A DNA stretch of 64,000 nucleotides from Piromyces finnis finn (taxonomy: Eukaryota; Fungi; Neocallimastigomycota): assembly GCA_002104945.1 (NCBI GenBank), contig MCFH01000006.1:1178001-1242000 (forward strand), read 5' to 3'. The position numbers were made by a program, and so were the translations under genes. This document shows, one piece after another, positions 1 to 9,789 of the stretch; position 1 is the stretch's first letter, and each line of letters opens with the position of its first letter. The notes beneath the pieces were generated by a model that was not told the origin of the DNA, made no database searches, and saw nothing but the letters and a program-made list of their open reading frames with translations.

Positions 1-45
1 ATTAAAACTCAAAAAAGTCAAACTCGCTCAATTCAAATTCAATGA
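1..45 (+). CDS. 3' end of an upstream small heat-shock protein (HSP20) copy, truncated by the window edge
   Basis: Bases 1-45 read IKTQKSQTRSIQIQ-stop, identical to the end of ORF 1931..2623. The downstream flank also repeats. Confidence 0.9.
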   Translation: MKTQKSQTRSIQIQ

Positions 46-743
46 ATCCAATAAATTCATCAAATTCAATTATTATAATATCTTTATTATATTGAATAAT
101 AAACAATTAAGCACATAAACTATTCCTATTTATTTATTTATTTTCTATCATTATCTCTATTGAATTAATATTAATTAAATATTATTTCATTTATACTATC
201 ATAATCATATAATCATACATTAAATATTAAAATATTAAAATAATTATTTTTAAATATTATTATTTATTTCTTTTTGTTAAATAAATTTTAATAATTATAC
301 AATCCTGTAAATATAAAATAAAAATTAATTTGAAATAAAATAAAAATAAAAATAAAATGTATCCAAAATAAATTACTAATTTTTTTTTTTATTATTTTAT
401 TATTATTATTATTTTGTGAGTTGTGTGTTTATAACAATTTGAATAAAATGTTTAATTTTTAAAAATATTTAAATATTCTATCTTTATTGAAAATATATAT
501 TTTAATTTAGGTTAAATGTTTCAATAAATTGAAAAAACAAAAATAAATTGTATTTTCGTTAATTTAGTTAATATACATTCCAAAATTATAAAAATGTATA
601 TAATACAATCAAGTATCTATTTTATTTTTTTTAAAGTCAAACTATCTAATTATTTTTTGTTTAATAATTAAAGTGCTTTGGAAATTCTTTTACTCAAAAA
701 CTGATCTATTTCTTTTATTAAAAGTTATCAGTATTAGTTTTTT

Positions 744-779
744 CATATTGATCATGCTCTAATCAATTCGAAGATGAAT
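744..779 (+). mobile_element. ~35-bp relic of a LINE AP-endonuclease coding segment in the HSP20 spacer (this is also the empty insertion site)
   Basis: 747-778 attgatcatgctctaatcaattcgaagatgaa matches LINE 5497-5528 at 30/32. It reads HIDHALINSKMN versus DIDHALINSKMK, and both mismatches are synonymous. Confidence 0.8.
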
Positions 780-818
<39 letters not shown>

Positions 819-1520
819 GTTTATTTATTTATTATTAACTTATTTCATATTAAAAAACACATCTTATTAATATTGATAATAACTTTATTATTATTAATTT
901 ATAACTATTCTAGTGTTCTAGTGTTCCTAAGAAAATTTTAAGATGGTAATAATTCTCTTTTTATTAATAATAAATTTAAAATTTTTTCAACTAAACTATT
1001 AAATTCAATAATTCTGATATTTTAACAAAAGGATTCTACAAAGAATTTATTTCAACTAAACTTTCTAGATAAACTCAAAATCACATCATTAATAATTATA
1101 ATCTCAAATATTCATTTCATAACACAATAATACAACTAATCTTCAATTTTCAAAAAGTTTGAATTAATTTTTATAAAGAATTAAGAAAATAACATAAACC
1201 TTATCATATGGATGAATTTATGAAAAAAGAAAAAAAAAAGAAAAATTTGAAAGCTTTATTAATATTATTTAAATAATTTTTGTAATTATTTTAGGAATAA
1301 GAAAGAATATTTTCATTGATATAAAGAACTAATAAATAAATAATTTTTATTTTCTATGTATCAACTAATAAAGTCAAGTCAATAATGTATTTATTTTAAT
1401 TAGTATAATTATATTCAATTTTAAACTTTAATAAATCTTACTTCTCATTTTACATTTTACATTTTTATATTTTAATACATTTTATTACATTAATGTTTTT
1501 ATATTAAATAAGAAATATAG

Positions 1521-1570
1521 GAAAAATCTATATTATTCTACATTATTCTACATCACTCTACATTATTCTA
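1521..1570 (+). promoter_or_regulatory. Putative step-type heat-shock element upstream of HSP20 copy 2
   Basis: 10-bp repeat (cattattcta) puts TTC at 1536, 1546 and 1566 (CTC at 1556), preceded by GAA at 1521. It lies ~360-410 bp before the ATG, with TATATAAA at 1688. Confidence 0.55.
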
Positions 1571-1930
1571 AATTTATATATTTTATTAATAATTATGTAA
1601 TAAAGACTTTTTCATTTATATTATTGTCTTTGTCTATATTGATATACAAATATAAATAATAATAATAATAATAATAACAAAAAAAGTATATAAAGATAAA
1701 AATATTTTTTAAAACTTTTTTTTTTCATCATTACTTTATAATATTACTTTTATAATATATAAATTATAAGTTATATAAATTATTATATATATATAAAAAA
1801 AATAATAAATTTATAAAAAATATATAAATAATTAAATAATTATAAAATCAAAAATTCAATTAAATAAATCAAATCATATTTAATAAATTCATTAATTAAT
1901 AAATTATTATTTTAAAAAAAAAATTCAAAA

Positions 1931-2623
1931 ATGTCTTTATATATTTATTCTCAACCAATTCACTCATTTGAAAATTCATTATTCGATGATTTCGATAATG
2001 ATCATTTCTTTGACGCTTTGATTCCTGGTTCTACTTATAATACTCTTATTCCACTTTATCCTCGTCGTCGTGGACATCGTAGAAATAGAAATTCATTTGA
2101 TTATGCCTATAATACTTTAGAAAAACAATTAAATAAAATATTTAATGATGATAACAAGTTTTTAACTGACTTCGAACCTAGAATAAATCTTAGTGAAGAT
2201 GAAAATAATTATTATATTCATGCTGATTTACCAGGAATGGCTAAAGATAAAATTAAGATGGAAATTGATGAAGAAAGAACTTTAACAATTTCAGGAGAAA
2301 GAGAAAATATCTATAAAAACAATAATGATAATTTTAGAAAAGAAAAACAAGAAAATGAAAAAGAACAAACTTCAACAACAACAGCAACAACAACAACAAC
2401 AATGGATGGAATAGAAATGGAAGAAGATCAAAAAAATAATAATAATGGCCATAAATATAGTGTAATGGAATGTAGTTATGGTAGTTTCTCTAGATCCTTT
2501 ACTATTCCAGAAGATGGAAATATTGATAATATTCAAGCTAAAATGGAAAATGGAGTTTTAGAAATCATCATTAATAAAATTAAAACTCAAAAAAGTCAAA
2601 CTCGCTCAATTCAAATTCAATGA
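1931..2623 (+). CDS. Small heat-shock protein (HSP20/alpha-crystallin family), copy 2
   Basis: Alpha-crystallin motifs PRINLSEDENNYYIHADLPGM, LTISGER and YGSFSRSFTIP...IQAKMENGVLEIII, plus C-terminal I-x-I (IQIQ). Intronless. Confidence 0.95.
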   Translation: MSLYIYSQPIHSFENSLFDDFDNDHFFDALIPGSTYNTLIPLYPRRRGHRRNRNSFDYAYNTLEKQLNKIFNDDNKFLTDFEPRINLSEDENNYYIHADLPGMAKDKIKMEIDEERTLTISGERENIYKNNNDNFRKEKQENEKEQTSTTTATTTTTMDGIEMEEDQKNNNNGHKYSVMECSYGSFSRSFTIPEDGNIDNIQAKMENGVLEIIINKIKTQKSQTRSIQIQ

Positions 2624-3328
2624 ATCCAATGAGTTCATTAAATTCAATTATTATAATATCTTTATTATATTGAATAATAAACAATTAAGCACATAAACTA
2701 TTCCTATTTATTTATTCATTTGTCTGCTTTTCTATCATTATCTCTATTGAATTAATATTAATTAAATATTATTTCATTTATACTATCATAATCATATATT
2801 AAATATTTAAATATTAAAATATTAAAATAATTATTTTTAAATATTATTATTTATTTCTTTTTGTTAAATAAATTTTAATAATTATATAATCCTGTAAATA
2901 TAAAATAAAAATTAATTTGAAATAAAATAAAAATAAAAATAAAATGTATCCAAAATAAATTACTAATTTTTTTTTTATTATTTTATTATTATTATTATTT
3001 TGTGTGTTGTGTGTGTTTATAACTATTTGAATAAAATGTTTAATTTTTAAAAATATTTAAATATCTAATCTTTATTGAAAATATATATTTTAATTTAGGT
3101 TAAATGTTTCAATAAATGGAAAAAATAAAAATAAATTGTATTTTCGTTAATTTAATTAAATATACATTCCAAAATTATAAAAATGTATATAATACAATCA
3201 AGTATCTATTTTATTTTTTTTAAAGTCAAACTATCTAATTATTTTTTGTTTAATAATTAAAGTGCTTTGGAAATTTTTTCACTCAAAAACTGATCTATTT
3301 CTTTTATTAAAAGTTATCAGTATTAGTT

Positions 3329-3340
3329 TTTTCATATTGA
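3329..3340 (+). repeat. Left target-site duplication (ttttcatattga)
   Basis: Identical 12-mer at 9025-9036 right after the poly(A). Present once at the empty site (740-751). Confidence 0.93.
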
Positions 3341-3616
3341 CTTCATTTATTTAATAAATGTAGTTTCTCAAGGGGGTCTACTCATGCTCATGGTACTGAG
3401 AGAGTAGAAAGAATTAAATCCAAGTATTGCGCAATGGATGCTTGGTGCCCTCTTAGGAATGTGCCTTCATTTATTTAATAAATGTAATTTCTCAAGGGGG
3501 TCTACTCATGCTCATGGTACTGAGAGAGTAGAAAGAATTAAATCCAAGCATTGCGCAATGGATGCTTGGTTAGTCTTCAAGGGAAAATTATTAGGACTAA
3601 GCTCATGGTACTGAGC
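3341..3616 (+). repeat. Duplicated 106-bp structured monomers at the LINE 5' end, plus a third copy of the GCTCA-TGGTAC-TGAG hairpin
   Basis: 3341-3446 and 3465-3570 differ at 2 positions (period 124). The hairpin recurs at 3601-3616. Each monomer has three inverted repeats and ATTGCGCAAT. Confidence 0.9.
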
Positions 3617-4215
3617 GATTAAAAAACATTTTATTCATCAAATTTAAGTATTTGATGAATAAGTGAATGTTTGATTTTTCAGGTAAGTTTGTATAGTATT
3701 TAATTAGAAGAGTAATACATTTTGTTGCTGTATTTTTTCTTTTATTCATGTATTCATGTAGTACTACTCTTCTCTTGTAAGAATCCAATGTAGTCAACTT
3801 TAGCATTTGCATTGTACTTTTATATTCATGTAGCTATTGTTGTATTGTTTCTTGTAAGAGACTGATTCACTCTACATCATGTAAAAATACTATTCACAAG
3901 CTTTCTGGTGTCGACATTCTTGATTCAAATTTTTTACCAATTTAAATATTTAATGAAAAGTAAAGTCAAACAAGTTTAGTGTCAAAAAGCGAATCGAATT
4001 TACTAACAACAAACCAAAACTAGAATTTTTAAAGAAAATTTACAACTAGAATTCAAAAAATAAGAAACTTTAAACAAAGCATCGTAACAATTTTTGTACT
4101 ATCCAGTACTTTTAAGAAGAGAGAGAGAGACAGATTTTTTTCCATATACGTTATATTTGTAATTTTTATTAGTATTTATTTTATATTCAATATTTTTTAA
4201 TTAGAATTTATTATC

Positions 4216-7200
4216 ATGTCAGTCCTTTATATTAAAGATAAGAATTATATCAGACGTGGTACCCGGTCTTATGGTATCCCCTTAGATGATATTCGCTCCT
4301 TCTTTATCCGTGGTATTCGATCATGGTCAGTAAATATGCTATGGGAAAAACTCGAGGTTATTCTAGAAGATAAATTTAATTCAGTTATTAGTGTTAAATA
4401 TTTTCAAACTTTCAATGATCACTTTTTCTTAGTCAAGGTTCATGGTTCATCAAAAGATTGTATTAAAATCTTACACATGTTAAAGAAGAAACTTTCAGTT
4501 ACCTCAATTTCCTTTTCAGCTCGTAGTAGAAGGAATCACAAATACACTTTTTCCACTCTCAAACGTAAAATTTTAGTTTCTAATAAACATCAACATTCTA
4601 TTCAACAATCATTTCAACAATCAGTTCAACAATCAGTTCAACAATCTCATCAACAATCCGATCTTCAACAAGATCTTCAACAGGATCTTCAACAAGTTTC
4701 CCATCATGAAAATATTCCAGATCTACAGCAAACACAATTTCAATCTCAACATTCAACAATTAATTCTAATAGTTCTATCAACTCTGATAACAGTTCAATA
4801 GTTGATAGTTCTTCAGTTTCACAGCCATCTAGTAATAGTTCTACTTATTCCTCTGATGCATCATCCATTAATAACGATGACTTTAATAATAATAATAATA
4901 GCAACGATTCTTCCTCATCCAACAAGCCTGATAACTTTTCTTTTTGTCTTAGTTGGAACACCAATGGGTGGAATCATGAAAAGAGAGATAGTATTAGCTA
5001 TTTCACAGCTATTTTCAAACCATTATTCTTATGTTTCCAAGAAACTGGTAATGGTTCTGGATCGAATACAGATTATCCTTGTCGTGTTACTTTGCGAAAC
5101 TATAGACACTTTTTCAAGAAAGCTGACGAATCAGTTCCGGGAATGAGAGGTTTATATTTAGGTTTTCACAATTCGTGTCAAGCCTCACTTGAAAACTTCT
5201 CTGGAAAGTATATTATTTCTATTTATACTTTTAGTCTCTGGAATAGATTCAAATGCTCGATTGGAAATGTTTATATGCCTCATAGTCATCACAACATCTA
5301 TGTTGATCATGCAAAGTTAGAAGTTCGCTTGTGGTTACAAACTCATTCATCCCATCCATCGATTCTTGTTGGTGATTTTAATATGTCTAAAGTAAAATTA
5401 TCCAACTGGTTATCAACTAATGGATTAGGAGATTGGGAAATTCTTCCGCTTAGAGGGTCTACTATCTCTTGGACTCGAGGTGATCAATCTTCCGACATTG
5501 ACCATGCTCTTATCAATTCGAAGATGAAAGATCTTATTCACTCAGGATCATTTATAAATAATTTTTATCCTGTATCAGACCATAAGCCACTTCTTATTAA
5601 TGGTAAAATTATTCCTATGGAAGATTTTTCTAATGACTTTAATGTTCCTAAGAAAATTCTGAAATGGAATAGATTAAAATGTATTGAGGAAAAGGAATCT
5701 ATTCTCAGTCATAATAAATTCCAAATACTTTCAGCAAAATTCAACGATCCTAATGTTTCTACAGATGAACTTTCCAAAGAGTTTACTTCAACTGCTTTTT
5801 CAATTGCAGACGAGCTCAGTATTACCTCAGCAAATAATGTTATAAAGTCTTCATTTCATATTTCACAACAAATTTTTAATCTCCAAAAAATCAAAATGAA
5901 GTTGTATAAGAGATTTAAAAAAGAAAGAATTTATGATATAGATGAATTTATTAAAAGAATTAAAATCTACCGTAAGCTCATTGATTACATCCACAAAAGA
6001 TGTAATGAATTTAGGAAACAAGAATATCTTCATTGGATTAAAACAGGATGTGAGTATATGAAGAGTCATAATCCTAAGAAGGCCTGGAAATGGATCAAGA
6101 AAACTGCAAAAATTGGAAAAGATTCTTTCTTTATTGCTCAACCAATTAAAAACAAAAATGGAGAATTAGTTGTTGCTACGGAAGAACAACTAGATGTGTG
6201 GCATGATCATTTCGAAAAGCTTGCATCAGATCCAAGTGGTGTAAGTCTTGATTTGGAGCATTGGTATGAAGAACCAACGAATAAACGTTTTTCACTCCCT
6301 ATGCTTGATGAATGGGATATCAACCAAGATATTAGTATTGATGAAGTCAAGTCAGCTATCCTCTCTACTCCGAATTATAAAGCATCAGGTCCGGATGGTA
6401 TTCCAATTGAATTTTACAAAGCATTAATTCCATCAAGTAATGATTCTAATAATGCTACAGATAATAATTCTTCCGGTAATACCACTTCAGATAATGATGC
6501 TTATGGTTTAAATTTTATTCTTAAATTATTCAACCGTATTTGGGATGGAGACTTCCCCAACTCATGGAATGAATCCAGTATTGTTTCTATTCCTAAGAAG
6601 GGAGATTTGACAGATTGTGATAACTATCGAGGTATATCACTTATCAATAATGGTATTAAGTTGATTTCCAAAATTGTCACCACTAGAATCTCAGAATATG
6701 GTCTAAAGAATAATTTCATTAGACCTGAACAATTTGGTTTTCGAAAAAAGGAAGAAAGTATCAGTCTTTTCATTTCAATCCAAGAAATATGCCGTAGACG
6801 TCAATTAGATAATAAAGAGACATATTTGGCCTTTTTAGATCTCAGGAAAGCATACGATTCAGTCCCAATCGGTAATATTCTCCATAAATTAGATTGTTTA
6901 GGAATCCGAGGTAAGAGTTTACAATTCATCAAAAATTTATATTTAACATCTAAGGCTAATGTCAAATTAGATGGACAATTCTCGAAATCTTTTGATGTGA
7001 AGAAAGGAGTCCGTCAAGGATGCCCTCTTTCTCCTATTCTCTTTAATCTCTTTATTAATGATATATTTAAAGAGTGTGAAGATCTCGGAGTCAGTTTAGG
7101 TGACACTCGATGCTGTGGTGGACTTTTTGCAGATGATATAGTTATTTGTGCTCCAACAAGAGGATGCTTAAAAAAGATGCTTAGAAGAGTTAATGAATGG

Positions 7201-8742
7201 GCCTTGTATAATGAAATGGAATTTGGTATCCAGAAATGTTCAACGATGGTGATTCGTCCTGAATCAATAGAAAATCAGAACAAGAGAGATCCAACATTTT
7301 ACTTAGCAGGACAACCCATTCCAACTACTGATTGTTATACTTATCTTGGTGTTCCATTTGATAAGAATCTGTCCCTTAAACCAGTTATTAAAGCTCTTAA
7401 TAACAAGGTTTTGAAAGGGCTTTTTTCAGTCAGTAAATTCTTAAGAAATCCTAATATTCCTATTCCCTTCAAAAAGCTAGTACTTAACTCACAAGTGATT
7501 AGCAGAGTTTCATACTTTGCACCATTACTTGGATCCAACAAAGCCAGGTCTAGAATTGCACAGAAGCATGTTAACAAAGGAATACGATGGGTTGCCGGAG
7601 TTCATAAAGCTGTATCGTTTATATCTTTATACTCTATTTCAAAAGATTTGAATATTCCTCCATTGTCAGCCAAATGTGCATTAGCTCAGGTTAGATGTTT
7701 TAACAAATGGAAAAACTCAAATTGTATTATCTCATACCTTGTCAATTACATTCCTAAATTTAGAAAATACACGTGGTGCAAATCAAGTAGGACACTTGAT
7801 AAAAAACTAAAGAAACATGGAGATGTTAAAGCAGTTAAAAACTTTTATTGGAAAGATCTCAAAGGGAATTCAATCAAAGCGCAATATTATGATGATAATA
7901 AGTTTATTGATACTAAAGATTTTATTAAATTATGTTATGAGTACCCAGAGTTTGCCTATGGCTTCTACTGGCTATTGAAAGCAAGAAGCGGATACAAGTT
8001 GGATGCTAGAGTTGCCAAAGCTGCCAAATTTGTTGATCCAGTTTGTCCTAACTACTGTCCATGTTGCAAGTGTGGAGATCAAAGTATTAAACATTGGTTA
8101 TTAGATTGTCCAACATTTAGAGATATCCGTATTAAACATTATGATTCCATAATCCAGCTATTAAATTTTTTCAGTCAACGTAATTCCAATAGTCCTATCA
8201 ATAATAATGAAATTGATAATATCAGTAGAGATAGTAATAATATTAATAGTAATAGTAACAATAGTAATAATAACAATAGTAATAGTAACAATAGTAATAA
8301 TAACAATAGTAGTAATAGAAATAATAATATTAGTAATGATAGCAATAGTGAAGATAATAATTCTAATTTAGATAGTAATTTAGTTAATGATAGTAATAGT
8401 TCTAATAATCCGGTGAATATTAATGTGTATGATTATTCTAGTGTGTGCAGTAAAATATTTAAATTCCTTCTTGGGGGAAGAAGTTTTAACAATATCAATT
8501 ACAATTCAAGGGAATGGAAAGAACTTTGTAAGCGTCAGATTCAATCTGGTACTAATGAAGGAACACCATTCTTGACGGTAACCGCGGAACTTCTAACCAA
8601 AATCATGCCTTTTGCTATTGGCCAGCAATGGTCAATGTTCAAAAGGTTTGAAGCAACATCCAAGAGCGTCAATGCTGAAGAAACAGTAAGACAGGCCAGG
8701 AGGGCCAGCGCAACCAATGGAGATCATAATTTTGCCCCATGA
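4216..8742 (+). CDS. LINE polyprotein: N-terminal RRM-like region, AP endonuclease, reverse transcriptase, CCHC zinc knuckle
   Basis: APE motifs SWNTNG, FQET, GDFN, DIDH, SDHKP (~4940-5600). RT motifs KASGPDGIP, NYRGISL, EQFGFR, LDLRKAYDSV, GVRQGCPLSPILFN, LFADD (7123-7137). CPCCKC...H....C at 8056-8112. No RNase H motifs seen. Confidence 0.96.
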   Translation: MSVLYIKDKNYIRRGTRSYGIPLDDIRSFFIRGIRSWSVNMLWEKLEVILEDKFNSVISVKYFQTFNDHFFLVKVHGSSKDCIKILHMLKKKLSVTSISFSARSRRNHKYTFSTLKRKILVSNKHQHSIQQSFQQSVQQSVQQSHQQSDLQQDLQQDLQQVSHHENIPDLQQTQFQSQHSTINSNSSINSDNSSIVDSSSVSQPSSNSSTYSSDASSINNDDFNNNNNSNDSSSSNKPDNFSFCLSWNTNGWNHEKRDSISYFTAIFKPLFLCFQETGNGSGSNTDYPCRVTLRNYRHFFKKADESVPGMRGLYLGFHNSCQASLENFSGKYIISIYTFSLWNRFKCSIGNVYMPHSHHNIYVDHAKLEVRLWLQTHSSHPSILVGDFNMSKVKLSNWLSTNGLGDWEILPLRGSTISWTRGDQSSDIDHALINSKMKDLIHSGSFINNFYPVSDHKPLLINGKIIPMEDFSNDFNVPKKILKWNRLKCIEEKESILSHNKFQILSAKFNDPNVSTDELSKEFTSTAFSIADELSITSANNVIKSSFHISQQIFNLQKIKMKLYKRFKKERIYDIDEFIKRIKIYRKLIDYIHKRCNEFRKQEYLHWIKTGCEYMKSHNPKKAWKWIKKTAKIGKDSFFIAQPIKNKNGELVVATEEQLDVWHDHFEKLASDPSGVSLDLEHWYEEPTNKRFSLPMLDEWDINQDISIDEVKSAILSTPNYKASGPDGIPIEFYKALIPSSNDSNNATDNNSSGNTTSDNDAYGLNFILKLFNRIWDGDFPNSWNESSIVSIPKKGDLTDCDNYRGISLINNGIKLISKIVTTRISEYGLKNNFIRPEQFGFRKKEESISLFISIQEICRRRQLDNKETYLAFLDLRKAYDSVPIGNILHKLDCLGIRGKSLQFIKNLYLTSKANVKLDGQFSKSFDVKKGVRQGCPLSPILFNLFINDIFKECEDLGVSLGDTRCCGGLFADDIVICAPTRGCLKKMLRRVNEWALYNEMEFGIQKCSTMVIRPESIENQNKRDPTFYLAGQPIPTTDCYTYLGVPFDKNLSLKPVIKALNNKVLKGLFSVSKFLRNPNIPIPFKKLVLNSQVISRVSYFAPLLGSNKARSRIAQKHVNKGIRWVAGVHKAVSFISLYSISKDLNIPPLSAKCALAQVRCFNKWKNSNCIISYLVNYIPKFRKYTWCKSSRTLDKKLKKHGDVKAVKNFYWKDLKGNSIKAQYYDDNKFIDTKDFIKLCYEYPEFAYGFYWLLKARSGYKLDARVAKAAKFVDPVCPNYCPCCKCGDQSIKHWLLDCPTFRDIRIKHYDSIIQLLNFFSQRNSNSPINNNEIDNISRDSNNINSNSNNSNNNNSNSNNSNNNNSSNRNNNISNDSNSEDNNSNLDSNLVNDSNSSNNPVNINVYDYSSVCSKIFKFLLGGRSFNNINYNSREWKELCKRQIQSGTNEGTPFLTVTAELLTKIMPFAIGQQWSMFKRFEATSKSVNAEETVRQARRASATNGDHNFAP

Positions 8743-8747
8743 TAAAA

Positions 8748-8811
8748 TTTTGATCTTTGGCTCGGTGTCCCATTGGAAGTCAAATACAATTATTATACTT
8801 TAGTATGATAG
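8748..8811 (+). other. Conserved stem-loops at the start of the LINE 3' UTR
   Basis: tttga-t-cttt-gg(ctcggtgtc)cc-attg-gaag-tcaaa and tattatact-tt-agtatgata. The relic at 11718-11779 keeps the pairing through compensatory changes. Confidence 0.55.
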
Positions 8812-8977
8812 TGGCTTTCTTACTTTAATTAAAATTACTAGAATACATTATACCCAATTTTTATTCATTTGTGTTTATTTAAACATATTTTTTTTATTTT
8901 TATTTTATTTTAATTTTTATATTTCATGTATTATAATTTTAATTAAATTAATAATAAAGTTTAAAATATTTGATGCC

Positions 8978-9024
<47 letters not shown>

Positions 9025-9028
<4 letters not shown>

Positions 9029-9036
9029 CATATTGA
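9025..9036 (+). repeat. Right target-site duplication (ttttcatattga)
   Basis: Matches 3329-3340. The sequence continues tcatgctct..., as at the empty site. Confidence 0.93.
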
Positions 9037-9789
9037 TCATGCTCTAACCAATTCGAAGATGAAGAGTTTTTTTTATTTTTTGGTTTATTTATTTATTATT
9101 AACTTATTTCATATTAAAAAACACATCTTATTAATATTGATAATAACTTTATTATTATTAATTTATAATTATTCTAGTGTTCTAGTGTTCCTAAGAAAAT
9201 TTTAAGATGGCAATAATTCTCTTTTTATTAATAATAAATTTAAAATTTTTTCAACTAAACTATTAAATTCAATAATTCTGATATTTTAACACAAGGATTC
9301 TACAAAGAATTTATTTCAACTAAACTTTCTAGATGAACTCAAAATCACATCATTAATAATTATAATCTCAAATATTCATTTCATAACACAACTAATCTTC
9401 AATTTTCAAAAAGTTTGAATTAATTTTTATAAAGAATTAAGAAAATAACATAAACTTTATCATATGGATGAATTTATGAAAAAAGAAAAAAAAAAGAAAA
9501 ATTTGAAAGCTTTATTAATATTATTTAAATAATTTTTGTAATTATTTTAGGAATAAGAAAGAATATTTTCATTGATATAAAGAACTAACAAATAAATAAT
9601 TTTTATTTTCTATGTATCAATTAATAAAGTCAAGTCAATAATGTATTTCTTTTATTTAGTATAATTATATTCAATTTTAAACTTTAATAATAAAACTTAC
9701 TTTACCTCATTTTACATTTTACATTTTACATTTTTATATTTTAATACATTCTATTACATTAATGTTTTTATATTAAATAAGAATTATAA

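Larger units (their letters stand above)
3341..9024 (+). mobile_element. Full-length non-LTR retrotransposon (LINE, L1-like RT, single ORF), apparently intact and recent
   Basis: 12-bp TSD, poly(A) 8981-9024, 875-nt 5' UTR, uninterrupted 1508-aa ORF, ~240-nt 3' UTR. Absent from the homologous spacer at 721-780. Confidence 0.96.

Noticed and set aside
782-818. Poly(T) after the APE micro-relic as the tail of a minus-strand retroelement
   Set aside because: The adjacent sequence does not match the LINE 3' UTR, there is no TSD, and the tract is much shorter in the other unit.
3341-3616. Monomers as hammerhead, HDV-like or twister ribozyme, or as a CRISPR array
   Set aside because: CTGAGAGAG does not fit CUGANGA with a stem before GAAA. 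GGGGGU/GCCCUC lacks the HDV P1.1/P3 arrangement, and no twister L4 motif was found. The repeats have no unique spacers or cas genes. Kept only as an unclassified structure.
3603-3812. 69-aa minus-strand ORF in the LINE leader, and the small ORFs 4802..5146, 5863..6141 and 7341..7577
   Set aside because: Short antisense or off-frame shadows of the LINE with no recognisable motifs.
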